Virus record (IMG/VR): IMGVR_UViG_3300042485_001768
Source: a virus
Lineage: Duplodnaviria > Heunggongvirae > Uroviricota > Caudoviricetes
Direction: 5' to 3' (one strand)
DNA: 64,000 nucleotides
A model generated the notes under the pieces. That model was not told the origin of the DNA. It did not search any database and saw only the letters and a program-made list of their open reading frames with translations. The translations under genes and the position numbers were made by a program. Below, in pieces: positions 36,401 to 45,768 of the stretch (positions are counted from its first letter, which is position 1; every line of letters starts with the position of its first letter).

Positions 36401-37386
36401 CAACTACAATTTTTAGACTCAGAGTTACTGAGACTGGAAGAGAACCAATCAGAATTACTGGTAATGTAATTGAGAAGAATACAGAATCTTATCTTGGTTC
36501 TGGTTCACTCTTTGGATTCTCCAGTACAACAGAGTCTACATCTAATGCTGAGACCTCCAAAGAACTCTTCAAGTTCTCTGGAACTGCAACAGAACTTGTT
36601 TCTTATAATCCACCAGAAGTTGGTGAATTTATTAAACTTAGTGGAACTGCAGTTGAGAGAAATACTGAATCCTATCTTGGAACTGGTTCACTCTTCGGAT
36701 TCTCTGGTGCATCTGAGTCTATTTCTAATGCCGAGACTTCTAAAGAGCTCTTTAGATTCTCTGGTAAAGGTCAAGAATCTACAACTCCAGCACCACATAT
36801 TGGTTCTGGTTCTATCTTTACTTTCGTATCATTTACAGAATCCACTTCTGTATCTGAAGTATCAACTGAACTCTTCAGATTCTCTGGAACTGCTGAAGAG
36901 AAGAATACCGAATCTTATATTGGAACTGGTTCACTCTTCGGATTCTCTAGCACAACTGAAGCATCTGGTTCTAATCCTCCAGAATCAACAATTCTCTTTA
37001 GATTCGCTGGTAAAGGTGAGGAGTCTACAACTCCTGCTCCACATGTTGGATCTGGTTCCATCTTTACATTTGTATCCTTCACTGAAACTAGAACCGTATC
37101 TGAAGTATCAACTGAACTCTTCAGATTCTCTGGAACTGCTGAAGAGAAGAATACTGAAGCATATAAAGGAACAGGACTTATTACTTCTATCGGAAGTAAG
37201 AGCACCACAATCTTCAGAGTTAGAGTTATTTCCGATGGTTCTCTCCTCAGAATTAATGGAAATCTTCGTGAAGCATTTGCATATGGTTTATATAATGGAT
37301 ACGATGAAATTCAAATTAGTGGAGAATCTAGAGATAGAAAGATTAAGGCAGAACCTAAGAAGCCACCAAGAATATATGTAATCTAA
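33406..37386 (+). CDS. large acidic repeat protein (probable virion component)
   Basis: 1326 aa; recurring DYG-hydrophobic motifs and ~41-aa GSGSLF.F...ELF.FSG repeats. Confidence 0.8.
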   Translation: MAVYSYTSSATLNITDGYDGDLLGSYPGYFVSTYSEEKTSFDYNKDSIVTYDVWDYGSISDAITEDEDYGEITATIELWYQIQDYGTLEVNTTRSPYGEINFGDFADSRLIRVSVGGVQFALFGRAATEVIFNPVNRVFDIEGAATVRATLASAGNGIVNFPRVKATDSVGFSSPESVFLLKIQGSAVTYPVFYEGDRVFDIEGTADESITYDYNDSSKLDLNSDDYGFITEALSRTEDFGLITEGQDIQRWDSEAEDWGLITEDITVNLYGKFKLFGKGEESFIFANYDGSWGNKQPRLLGTAKDYSTPKINGSGKITLEGTPRVQIRMHYKADGGWDRYPDRFRGGSLFGFSSATQTSTFTESPTGKLFSVQSTTTFSAVRDEVGISDEDILVRGNANYIVIFNEVDRVLTFSNIEDNSRVYSYNETSIVNVEGIDYGFVSESPTLFEDYQNITGDAYYPWEIDDYGFLTPDRPLFPYGVARIISTTADSQTKIYIGDGLTSINGNAKVYVLPKHNGSGFIRIAGELIEKNTENYVGSGSLFGFSSTSESTAVVEESKELFKFIGNAVEKNTENYVGSGLFSTLGGSAESYGPNPEEQGELFTFSGSAVERNAESYVGSGSLFSISGHAERVTYHYNESSIVDIESYDYGFITETPLFESSCDTISDYSSELISTYADEIVSEFGCVDVGDDYGLVGDQTIYPWQRDDYGFIIPDAPRRPYGKFEFISGTTDAQTKVYIGSGSLFGFSSTTEATVVQAESKGLFRISGNAAESTTPATEIGSGSIFTFVSFTETATYNPPESTELFKISGEAYVLIAPDYPGSGTITVSGEARIYVLPKHNGSGFVHIFGNAAESTTPATEIGSGSIFTFVSFTETAVFNPAESTELFKITGSAVEKSSPGPDGSGTIELNGSATTIFRLKVTETGREPIKVTGNATESTTPATEIGSGSLFGFSSTTESTSNAETSRELFRFSGTAVEKNTENYVGSGNVNIEGSATTIFRLRVTETGREPIRITGNVIEKNTESYLGSGSLFGFSSTTESTSNAETSKELFKFSGTATELVSYNPPEVGEFIKLSGTAVERNTESYLGTGSLFGFSGASESISNAETSKELFRFSGKGQESTTPAPHIGSGSIFTFVSFTESTSVSEVSTELFRFSGTAEEKNTESYIGTGSLFGFSSTTEASGSNPPESTILFRFAGKGEESTTPAPHVGSGSIFTFVSFTETRTVSEVSTELFRFSGTAEEKNTEAYKGTGLITSIGSKSTTIFRVRVISDGSLLRINGNLREAFAYGLYNGYDEIQISGESRDRKIKAEPKKPPRIYVI
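36850..37154 (+). repeat. identical 59-nt direct repeats (36850-36908, 37096-37154), period 246 nt
   Basis: GTATCTGAAGTATCAACTGAACTCTTCAGATTCTCTGGAACTGCTGAAGAGAAGAATAC twice; a 41-nt exact pair at 35755-35795/36001-36041 has the same period. Confidence 0.9.
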
Positions 37387-37423
37387 AATATAAATAATCT
37401 TAAGAATATTTTTTCCCTTTTTA

Positions 37424-37873
37424 ATGGCAAATACCAAACGAGTACAACTTCGTAAAGGGACCGAAACAGAACATGCCTCATTTACTGGGGCATTAGCAGA
37501 AGTAACTTATGATACGACAAAAGGTGTCATAAGAATGCATGATGGATTGACAACATCTGGATTTGAAGTTCAAAAATCTAGATTGACTGAAATTAGTTCA
37601 ACAACCAATTTGGCAACTAATATTAAATACTTTACTGATACTTCTGGCGGTCCATTTACTGTAACATTACCAACATTAAAATATGTTGGTGATGTCATTC
37701 AATTAGCAGATTCCAAATACTATTGGGGTATAAATAATCTTACGGTGAATACTCAAAGTGGTGAACAAATAAAAGATAGTACTGGATATATTGATGCACC
37801 TTTGGTATGTGATGTATCTGGGGCTTATATAGAATTAATTTGGGAAGGAACTTATTGGAGACTGTTCTCATGA
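37424..37873 (+). CDS. tail fibre protein with an Mtd-N/hyaluronidase-N-like head
   Basis: RVQLRKGT...FTGALAEVTYDT...MHDG; DTSGGPFTVTLP module. Confidence 0.75.
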   Translation: MANTKRVQLRKGTETEHASFTGALAEVTYDTTKGVIRMHDGLTTSGFEVQKSRLTEISSTTNLATNIKYFTDTSGGPFTVTLPTLKYVGDVIQLADSKYYWGINNLTVNTQSGEQIKDSTGYIDAPLVCDVSGAYIELIWEGTYWRLFS

Positions 37874-38235
37874 CAATGCATCTAAGTAGATCAAATACAA
37901 CTGGAGAAAAGACAGTAACGCAGTCAAACGATTTTGTCGTTCATGCATTGCGTAGAGACTCTACTGGAATGCTTTATTATACTAGAGTTGGTTCCGCAAG
38001 TACTGAAGTTGCTGATTTTCATAGAACAGATGGAACTCAATACCCTGGATTTTTGGATGGTGTTGATTATGTAGATGAAACGACAGAAGAGAAATCTTAT
38101 ACGAATCATCCAACAGATAAATACCAACAGTATAGATTTGATTTTAGAGGATTAAATTATCTCATCGATGATGATGGATACCTCGTTGCCAGAATTAATG
38201 GCACCTATGATTATAATACCCAAGGACCTAAGTAA
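37870..38235 (+). CDS. hypothetical structural protein
   Basis: ATG overlaps the previous stop codon. Confidence 0.6.
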   Translation: MTMHLSRSNTTGEKTVTQSNDFVVHALRRDSTGMLYYTRVGSASTEVADFHRTDGTQYPGFLDGVDYVDETTEEKSYTNHPTDKYQQYRFDFRGLNYLIDDDGYLVARINGTYDYNTQGPK

Positions 38236-38254
38236 AGTAAGGAATTAAAACACA

Positions 38255-41200
38255 ATGGCTGATTTTAGATTAGGGAGACTAAAATTCAACTGGAGAGGCG
38301 AGTGGGCACCCAGTACTGCTTATGTTATTGACGACATTGTAAAATTTGGTGCAAATACTTATGTTTGTACTACAAACCATACTTCTTCTTCTTCAGAACA
38401 AGTATGGTATTCTGTAGACGTATCAAATTGGTCTTTACATACTGAAGGAGTACGAAATGTTGGTACTTATACTCCAGGGACTTTTTATAAAATTAACGAT
38501 GTAGTTCTTGATGGTAATACACAGCGTAGAGTTACCTCAGGAATTGCTACTAATGCTGGTATTGGAAGTACAAATACTACATTATATGTTTCTGGATTTA
38601 ACGGTGAGGGAACTTATGACCCAGGCGAGATTTACCAAAGTGGAGATGTTGTAGTATTTAATGGTATTAGCTACGTAGCTATTACTACTACAACTGCTGG
38701 AGTCGTACCTCCTGTTGAATTGGGAACAAAATGGAATGTTCTTGCTGATGGTATTAATGCTGCTGGAATTACTACCTATCAAGGAAATTCAATTTATTAT
38801 AAAGGAGATTTAGTAAGACTTGGTGGAAATACATATAGACTTAACGCGACTACTGCACAATATGTTAATCCTGCAATTGGTTCTACCATTGGAATTGGAT
38901 CTACTGTTGTTGGTGTTGCAGTAACTGCTTGGGATTTATTTAATACTGGATTAAGATACGCTGGAACATATTCATCAACTACTCAATATTTTGCAAATGA
39001 CGTTGTAGAATATTCTTCATCTGCATATGTTGGTATAGGTTCAACTTCATTCCAAGGAATTGTTCCTGGAACAAATGCTGCTATTTGGGGTGCCTTGGCA
39101 ATTGGAGATTCCAATGCCCTACTAACCACAAAAGGTGATATTTTAATTAGAGATTCTTCTGCCCCATCTAGACTTGGAATTTCTACAATTCCTTATAAGT
39201 CTCTTGGTGTAAGTACATCGGGTGTTCCACAATGGATGACCATTGGTGATTCTACTCGTATTTACTACGTTGATCCAGAACTTGGTTCTGATACTTATAA
39301 TGGTAGTACACCTGATATGGCATTCAGAACTCTGAAGTATGCCTGTGATAATGCTAGTGCTGTAACATCTATCACAAACTTTGTATATGATCCATTAACT
39401 GGTATCTCTACAATTACTGCTCCTTCGCACGGAATTCTATATCCAAATATTACCATTAGACTTGAGGATATTGAATTTGAATGTCTGAGTGGTGGTAGAA
39501 GTTATAACGTTACTGGATTTACTTATGATAGAACATCTGGTATTGGTACTGTAACTGTTGGAACTGGAGCAACAGGAATTTCTCCTGGTACAGTAGTTAG
39601 ACTTAAAGACTTAGAATTTACTTGTCCTGGTGGATCTGGAATTACAACTACAATATTCCCAGATGGTACAAGAGCTCAAGGACCTAATTTCACAGTAACT
39701 TCTGTTAATAGTTCAACATCATTTGCAGTAAACGTTGGTGTTTCTACAATCAACCACATTTATGTAAGTGGTGGTAATGCATTTGTTGGATTTGATACCA
39801 CAGTATTCCCAAGAAATGTAGTTGAATCTTATTTTACAGTAAGTGAAATTGTAGATAATAATACTATTAAAGTTAATGCTGGACTATCTACAATTTATCA
39901 CAATTATGTAAGTGGTGGTCACGTAATTAACCTTTCACCTGCAGTTGTTAAGTTATCTGCATCTGAATTTGCTGAGCAACTTCCAATTACTGTTCCAGCA
40001 TTTACAAGCATCGTTGGATCTACTCTTAGAGCGTCTAAGATTCGTCCTGCTGCTGGTTTATCAACTGATGGTACTACTCCAAATAATCGCCAGACAATGT
40101 TTAGATTGTCTGATGCAACAACAATTCAAGGTCTGAATGTATCTGGTCTTGTTGGATTTAATTATGACGTTAACCGTCCTTATGAATTAGAAGCAAGTAC
40201 AGTTAGAACTGGTGTTGGAACAACTGCTTGTGGTGTTTACTTTGCATTCAATCCAAGTTCACCAATTTTAAATAAATCACCTTACGTTAAGGATTGTACT
40301 TCATTTGGTGATCCAGATCCTAATGGTTATGGTGGTGCTGGCGTCGGTGTATTCATTGATGGAGGAGTGCATAATGAAGGTGCCAAGACAATGGTATTCG
40401 ATGCATATACCAATGTTCTGAGTGATGGTGCTGGATTCATTCTTGATAGGGATGCTGGTGCAGAAATTGTATCTTGCTTTACCTATTATTGTAGATGGGG
40501 TTACTATTCTGGTGGTGGATCTAGAATTCGTTCTGTCGCTGGTAACAACTCTTATGGTGATTATGGTGTTGTCTCTTCTGGATTCTCTACATCAGAAACT
40601 CCAAGAACTGGTAGAGTCTTTGGTGATAGAGCAGATACCGTTGTTGGAACTATAAGTGGAACTATCGGCGTCGGTATGACAATGATTGGTGAAACCTCTG
40701 GTGCAAGAGCAACCTTCATTAATGATCAAACCAGTGCAGATAGAATTTACTTCAAGTATTGGCCTGGTTATGGTGCTACAGGTATTGGTACAACATCATT
40801 TGTCAATGGTGAGTGGGTAACATTTATTGGAGCTGGTACAACTGGTGCTCTTAGAATCGCTACTGCTGCTGGTTCAGTATCTGGACAAAAGGGTGTTATT
40901 ATTGAACTTGATGAAGTTGATGGTAATAATTTACCATTAGTTGGTGATGCTATCGGATTTACTACAACTGGAATTGGTAGTGATAGAACGGGTGGGGAAG
41001 TAAGATACTATATTATTAATAATGTAACTGGATTTACTTCATCGTATACTCAGTACCGTGGTTCTAGTGGATTATCTTCAGTAACTTATAACAATAGAGT
41101 TACCATTACAATTTCTCCTGAAAAAGGTGGTGCTACTCCTGATACAAGATCTACTTATCTATCTGGTGTTGGTACTGCTTCTGGTGGTTCATTCGTAGAC

Positions 41201-42043
41201 ATTAGAACTAAGTTCTCTAATGCTCGTTTAACTGGTCACGACTTCTTATCTGTTGGTACTGGAAACAAAGCTGAAACAAATTATCCTAACGTTGACGAAT
41301 CAACTGTTCAACAGGGTAATGAGACAAATACATTTGGTCCAGGTAAAGTATTCTATGTATCTACTGACCAAGGTGGTAACTTCCGTGTAGGTGATCTCTT
41401 CTCGGTTAACCAGTTAACTGGTGCTGCAACTCTTGATGCTTCTGCATTCAACCTGTCTGGTCTTACAGAATTGAGACTCGGTTCTCTTGGTGGTCAGATT
41501 GGTGAAGCAATTAATGAATTCTCATCTGATGAGACAATGAGTGGTAATTCCAATACTGCTTGTCCTACTGAGTATGCAGTTCGTGGATATCTTACCAGAG
41601 ATAAGATGGGTAGTGAGGCTATGGTTCCTCCTACAGGAACTACTGCTGAAAGACCTGGTGTTGGCAACTTAATTGAAGGTCAATTCCGTTACAACACTGA
41701 TCTTAAAACTCCAGAATATTATGATGGAACTCAATGGATTCCTGCTGGAAGATGGTTAACTGTGGATGTATCTACAAATACTACTGCGTCATCTTGGAGA
41801 ACTTACTTCTGCAATACAAGTGGTGGTGCATTTACTTTAACACTTCCTGCTTCTCCAGTTAAGGGTGATGCAATTAGGGTATTTGACGTTAATAATACCT
41901 TTGATACTAATAACTTAACAATTGGTAGAAATGGAAAACCAATCGGTGGACTTGCTGAAAACATGACAGTAACTTCTGAAGGTGCGTCATTTGAATTAGT
42001 ATTCTTTGATAATACACAAGGTTGGAGAATCTTTACTGTTTAA
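38255..42043 (+). CDS. large tail fibre / receptor-binding protein
   Basis: 1262 aa; W.....Y..DDIV carbohydrate-binding-type repeats, YYVDP..GSD.....TPD.AFRTL, beta-helix-like middle region. Confidence 0.8.
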   Translation: MADFRLGRLKFNWRGEWAPSTAYVIDDIVKFGANTYVCTTNHTSSSSEQVWYSVDVSNWSLHTEGVRNVGTYTPGTFYKINDVVLDGNTQRRVTSGIATNAGIGSTNTTLYVSGFNGEGTYDPGEIYQSGDVVVFNGISYVAITTTTAGVVPPVELGTKWNVLADGINAAGITTYQGNSIYYKGDLVRLGGNTYRLNATTAQYVNPAIGSTIGIGSTVVGVAVTAWDLFNTGLRYAGTYSSTTQYFANDVVEYSSSAYVGIGSTSFQGIVPGTNAAIWGALAIGDSNALLTTKGDILIRDSSAPSRLGISTIPYKSLGVSTSGVPQWMTIGDSTRIYYVDPELGSDTYNGSTPDMAFRTLKYACDNASAVTSITNFVYDPLTGISTITAPSHGILYPNITIRLEDIEFECLSGGRSYNVTGFTYDRTSGIGTVTVGTGATGISPGTVVRLKDLEFTCPGGSGITTTIFPDGTRAQGPNFTVTSVNSSTSFAVNVGVSTINHIYVSGGNAFVGFDTTVFPRNVVESYFTVSEIVDNNTIKVNAGLSTIYHNYVSGGHVINLSPAVVKLSASEFAEQLPITVPAFTSIVGSTLRASKIRPAAGLSTDGTTPNNRQTMFRLSDATTIQGLNVSGLVGFNYDVNRPYELEASTVRTGVGTTACGVYFAFNPSSPILNKSPYVKDCTSFGDPDPNGYGGAGVGVFIDGGVHNEGAKTMVFDAYTNVLSDGAGFILDRDAGAEIVSCFTYYCRWGYYSGGGSRIRSVAGNNSYGDYGVVSSGFSTSETPRTGRVFGDRADTVVGTISGTIGVGMTMIGETSGARATFINDQTSADRIYFKYWPGYGATGIGTTSFVNGEWVTFIGAGTTGALRIATAAGSVSGQKGVIIELDEVDGNNLPLVGDAIGFTTTGIGSDRTGGEVRYYIINNVTGFTSSYTQYRGSSGLSSVTYNNRVTITISPEKGGATPDTRSTYLSGVGTASGGSFVDIRTKFSNARLTGHDFLSVGTGNKAETNYPNVDESTVQQGNETNTFGPGKVFYVSTDQGGNFRVGDLFSVNQLTGAATLDASAFNLSGLTELRLGSLGGQIGEAINEFSSDETMSGNSNTACPTEYAVRGYLTRDKMGSEAMVPPTGTTAERPGVGNLIEGQFRYNTDLKTPEYYDGTQWIPAGRWLTVDVSTNTTASSWRTYFCNTSGGAFTLTLPASPVKGDAIRVFDVNNTFDTNNLTIGRNGKPIGGLAENMTVTSEGASFELVFFDNTQGWRIFTV

Positions 42044-42048
42044 TAATA

Positions 42049-42078
42049 AAAGGGAGGAGAATTAAGTTCTCCTCCTTT
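42049..42078 (+). terminator. hairpin/terminator before the Cys-rich gene triplet
   Basis: AAAGGGAGGAGAA/TTCTCCTCCTTT; CTAAATA late-like box follows. Confidence 0.6.
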
Positions 42079-42109
42079 AGACTAAATAATAGTAATCCAA
42101 GTAATAAAA

Positions 42110-42892
42110 ATGGCATCATACTCAAGTTATAAAAAAATTTTAACAGAAAGTATAGTAGCAGGTTCTATTCCAGAATCTAAAATTAGTTCTACTGCTCTGA
42201 AAAATTACACTGTTCAGTGGATTCGTGGTGGATTAGGTGCAGCATCTGGTGGTTGCTGCTGTCTTTGGACAGTTCCTTCTGGTGTAAGAAGAGTTACATT
42301 TGAACTTTGGGGTGCTGGTGGTAATGGTAGTGGTGCTTGCTCTAATGGTAGGTGTCAACATTGGGCTGGTGCTCAGGGAGGATACTATAACTCAAGAACA
42401 ATTTCTGTTACTCCTGGATGGACATATACCGTATGTGCTGGTGGAGTATTTCCTTGTTGTCAATTTGATTGTGTTGGTTGTACTGGATGTGCTTCATTTA
42501 TTACTGGATGTAATTTAAGTAACTTTTGTGCTGCTGGTGGTGTTGGTGGATGTGCTAATGCTGATTGGTCAGAAAAATGTAATTCTGATTGGGGTGCATG
42601 TTGTCTAGTACCTGGTGGATGGGGCGGTGATTTTGGAATGGGTAACCATCGTGGAGCATTTACTGGTTCATTTGCTTGCCATTGCTATCGTCATAAGTTT
42701 TGTTCTAGTGGCGGACCATTCTTAGGAAGTCCTGGAGTAGTTGGTGGATTGACTGAATGTTGGATTCGATGCGGATGTTGGTCAGTTCCTTATAGTGCTG
42801 GTGGGCAGAGTGCTATGACCACTTATTGTGGTAATGCCTGTGGCCAAGGCGGAACGGGCGGTTCTGGTGTTGTTAAAATTACATATTTTTAA
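42110..42892 (+). CDS. Cys/Gly-rich putative tail fibre tip protein, paralog 1
   Basis: About 25 Cys in 260 aa; WTVP..V....ELWGAGG.G and GG.G.V.I..F Gly-rich domain motifs. Confidence 0.75.
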   Translation: MASYSSYKKILTESIVAGSIPESKISSTALKNYTVQWIRGGLGAASGGCCCLWTVPSGVRRVTFELWGAGGNGSGACSNGRCQHWAGAQGGYYNSRTISVTPGWTYTVCAGGVFPCCQFDCVGCTGCASFITGCNLSNFCAAGGVGGCANADWSEKCNSDWGACCLVPGGWGGDFGMGNHRGAFTGSFACHCYRHKFCSSGGPFLGSPGVVGGLTECWIRCGCWSVPYSAGGQSAMTTYCGNACGQGGTGGSGVVKITYF

Positions 42893-43748
42893 GGAGCAAA
42901 ATCAATGGCAACTTATGCAAGTTACAAAAAAGTAGATGCGGTATCTATACCAGAAAGATCCTTAACTAATGATAATTTTTCACCAACTACTAGAAAGACT
43001 TTTGGTGTAAAATGGTTTTTTGGACCACCAGAAGCTTGTTCTCAAGGTTGTTGCTGTCTCTGGACTGTACCAACTAATGTAACTAAACTTTTTATTGAAC
43101 TTTGGGGTTCTGGTGGAAGTGGACATGGAGCATGTTCTTGCAGTAGATGTCACCACTATAAAGGTGCTGGTGGTGGACAATACAATTCTAAAATGATTAC
43201 TACTGTCCCAGGATGTCAATATACAGTTTGTGCTGGTGGAAATGGAAACTGTTGCCGTTTTGAATGTATAGGATGCTGTGGATGTGTATCTTATATGAAT
43301 GGATTTAATTTAAGTAACTTCTGTGCCCTTGGTGGATCTCCTGGATGTGCTAATACCGATTGGACTACTGAATGTAATTCTGCATGGGAATGTTGTGTTC
43401 AAGGTGCCTATAACGGAGGAGATTTTGGATATGAAAATCATGCAGGAACTTTTGGTGGTGTTGAATGGTGGTTTACAGTTGGATTCTGCCATTGTCATAT
43501 TCAAGAAACACAACCAAGGTCTGCACCATTAATTGGAACTACCGTACAACAGTCAATTAATTATTGCTGGATGCGTTGTGGATGCTGGACTGTTCCTTAT
43601 GGGCATGGTGGACAAGGTGCAATGACTTCTTATTGTGGTACTAGTTGTTGTGGGCAAGGTGGTATGGGTGGCCCTGGTCTTGTTAGAATTACATATTTTT
43701 AAGGAGTAAATTCAATGGCAACTTATGCAAGTTACAAAAAAGTAGATG
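42877..43748 (+). repeat. 62-nt near-identical gene-junction repeats (42877-42938, 43687-43748)
   Basis: 60 of 62 positions identical; each copy spans stop codon, RBS and the next start. Confidence 0.9.
42905..43702 (+). CDS. Cys/Gly-rich putative tail fibre tip protein, paralog 2
   Basis: Same Cys spacing as paralog 1 (GCCCLWTVP, NLSNFCA, CW.RCGCW). Confidence 0.75.
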   Translation: MATYASYKKVDAVSIPERSLTNDNFSPTTRKTFGVKWFFGPPEACSQGCCCLWTVPTNVTKLFIELWGSGGSGHGACSCSRCHHYKGAGGGQYNSKMITTVPGCQYTVCAGGNGNCCRFECIGCCGCVSYMNGFNLSNFCALGGSPGCANTDWTTECNSAWECCVQGAYNGGDFGYENHAGTFGGVEWWFTVGFCHCHIQETQPRSAPLIGTTVQQSINYCWMRCGCWTVPYGHGGQGAMTSYCGTSCCGQGGMGGPGLVRITYF

Positions 43749-44494
43749 GTTCTTCTATCGTTGATGGTAGTATAAATGAAGATCGTATTTCATTGAGTTC
43801 TTTTGCTACATGGTCCGTCCAATGGATTTATGGGCAACCTTGTTTTTGTTCTACTGGTTGCTGCTGTCTTTGGACAGTTCCTTCTAATGTAAGAAGAGTC
43901 TATTTTGAACTATGGGGTGCTGGTGGAAACGGTCATGGTGCCTGCTCTAACGGAAGATGCCAACATTATGCTGGTGCAGGCGGCGGATATTATAACGCTA
44001 AGATGATAGATACTGTACCAGGATGTCAATATACTATTTGTGCTGCTGGAGTGTTTCCTTGCTTAACTAATGAATGTATTGGTTGTCAAGGATGTTCTTC
44101 TTATATAACTGGATTTAATTTAAGTAATTTTTGTGCCATTGGTGGTATTGGTGGTTGTGCCAATGGAAGTTGGCAGGAAGCTTGTTTTTCTGATTTTTCT
44201 TGTTGTTTAGGACCAACTTCAAATGGTGGTGATTTTGGAATGGGTAATCATAGAGGTGGATTTCATCTGCACAGCTCTAACTGCCATTGTCAATGTCGTG
44301 GAGAAACACCTACTCCAGCACCTTTTATTGGTACACAAGTACATCAAAGCACTCAAGAATGTTGGATTCGTTGTGGATGCTGGACTGTTCCTTATGGACA
44401 TGGGGGCCAAGGTGGAATGACTGCTTATTGTGGTGGTTGTTGTGGGCAAGGTGGAACTGGTGGTCCTGGATTAGTTAAGATTTCTTTCCTATAA
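43715..44494 (+). CDS. Cys/Gly-rich putative tail fibre tip protein, paralog 3
   Basis: Same motif set as paralogs 1 and 2. Confidence 0.75.
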   Translation: MATYASYKKVDGSSIVDGSINEDRISLSSFATWSVQWIYGQPCFCSTGCCCLWTVPSNVRRVYFELWGAGGNGHGACSNGRCQHYAGAGGGYYNAKMIDTVPGCQYTICAAGVFPCLTNECIGCQGCSSYITGFNLSNFCAIGGIGGCANGSWQEACFSDFSCCLGPTSNGGDFGMGNHRGGFHLHSSNCHCQCRGETPTPAPFIGTQVHQSTQECWIRCGCWTVPYGHGGQGGMTAYCGGCCGQGGTGGPGLVKISFL

Positions 44495-44532
44495 ATATAC
44501 ATATACGGCAAATTTAATTTAAAGATAAGACC

Positions 44533-45225
44533 ATGAAACAAATTTCAGTAGAATTTGATTTACCATTACCAAATGAATTTTTAGTAGATCATTCTTTTAG
44601 TGAGGGTAAAACTAGAAAATATACTTATCATGGACCAGATAAAATTTATCTTCAAATTGGCGAAGATGGAACTGAAAAATATGGTCCTTTAACAGAAGAT
44701 GAAATTGCAGATGGTAGACCAGTTCCTGCCGATGTTGTAGAATGGTTTGAAGTTGACTGTACAACTAATCCTTTAATTTGCCAATTGAGAGGACCTGTTG
44801 TTAATGAACTTCAGGAAGAATATACTGGAGAACAAGTTCATCCAGGGTCTCCAGTTGTAGAAGGATATCCACAGTATACTTATCAAACTCCATTAATGCC
44901 TGGTGATATATATCCCAAAACTGGTGTTAAAGTTGTTGATGGTAAACCAGTCGCTACTCCTTATAATGCAATTGAAAAACTTCATGATAAAGTAACTAAT
45001 TTGACTTGGGATGATATTAGAAAGCATAGGGCATTATTATTATCTAATAGTGATGGTCAAATCGCGGAAGATATGCCTCAATCAGTTAAAAATGAGTGGA
45101 TTGAATATCGTCAAAAATTAAGAGACCTTCCTGCAGTTTTAGAAGAATCTGGTGTTGAACCAAATATTGCTTATTACATGTTCCCTAATACTCCAGGATC
45201 AACTCCACCACCATCACAAGAGTAA
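44533..45225 (+). CDS. tail fibre assembly chaperone-like protein
   Basis: C-terminal WDDIRKHRALLLSNSD...WIEYRQKLRDLP. Confidence 0.8.
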   Translation: MKQISVEFDLPLPNEFLVDHSFSEGKTRKYTYHGPDKIYLQIGEDGTEKYGPLTEDEIADGRPVPADVVEWFEVDCTTNPLICQLRGPVVNELQEEYTGEQVHPGSPVVEGYPQYTYQTPLMPGDIYPKTGVKVVDGKPVATPYNAIEKLHDKVTNLTWDDIRKHRALLLSNSDGQIAEDMPQSVKNEWIEYRQKLRDLPAVLEESGVEPNIAYYMFPNTPGSTPPPSQE

Positions 45226-45234
45226 TAAATTTTT

Positions 45235-45768
45235 ATGAATTATAAATTATTTTATTTTGACTATATTAAAGAAAATCAAAAAGAAATAATAAAAGATTTA
45301 AAGACATCTCAAGATAATTTAGTTAAATATGGGGTTTTCGATACTACGAAATCCTATATCTACTATAATATCTTTGGGGTGTCTTCTCCATCTAAACATT
45401 TATACGTAATATATAAAAAAATTAGAGATATTGTAAGAGATAAATTTCCAAATGAAATAATTTGGATACAGTCTTGGTTAAACTATCATGATTATGATGA
45501 AGTCCTAGGTTGGCACAATCACTCTTCTAGTTGGCATGGATATGTATCAATAGAACCTCAAGATACAATTACTCAATTTGAAGATTGGTTTATTGAAAAT
45601 GAGTGTGGAAATATATATTTTGGTCCAGGGAAACATATTCATAGAGTTGTAAATAAATCAAATTATTCTGGTAAAAGAATTACAATTGGATTTGATATAA
45701 TGTTAGAAAGTGATTATACTGGAATGGTTTTACCAACTGAAAATTTTGGAGCAATTCCTTTATTATAA
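45235..45768 (+). CDS. putative 2OG-Fe(II) oxygenase
   Basis: SWLNYH...WHNHS...HGYV...HIHRV...RITIGFD. Confidence 0.7.
   Translation: MNYKLFYFDYIKENQKEIIKDLKTSQDNLVKYGVFDTTKSYIYYNIFGVSSPSKHLYVIYKKIRDIVRDKFPNEIIWIQSWLNYHDYDEVLGWHNHSSSWHGYVSIEPQDTITQFEDWFIENECGNIYFGPGKHIHRVVNKSNYSGKRITIGFDIMLESDYTGMVLPTENFGAIPLL

Noticed and set aside
35713-37154. Repeats as diversity-generating-retroelement template/variable pairs
   Set aside because: Differences are synonymous third-position changes, not adenine-specific, and no reverse transcriptase is in the window.
34244-37381. Nearly continuous Leu-rich +1-frame ORFs (up to 303 aa), possible overprinted or read-through gene
   Set aside because: Stops in the +1 frame need xTA/xTG codons in the main frame, which are rare in this NNT-biased repeat gene; no start signals.
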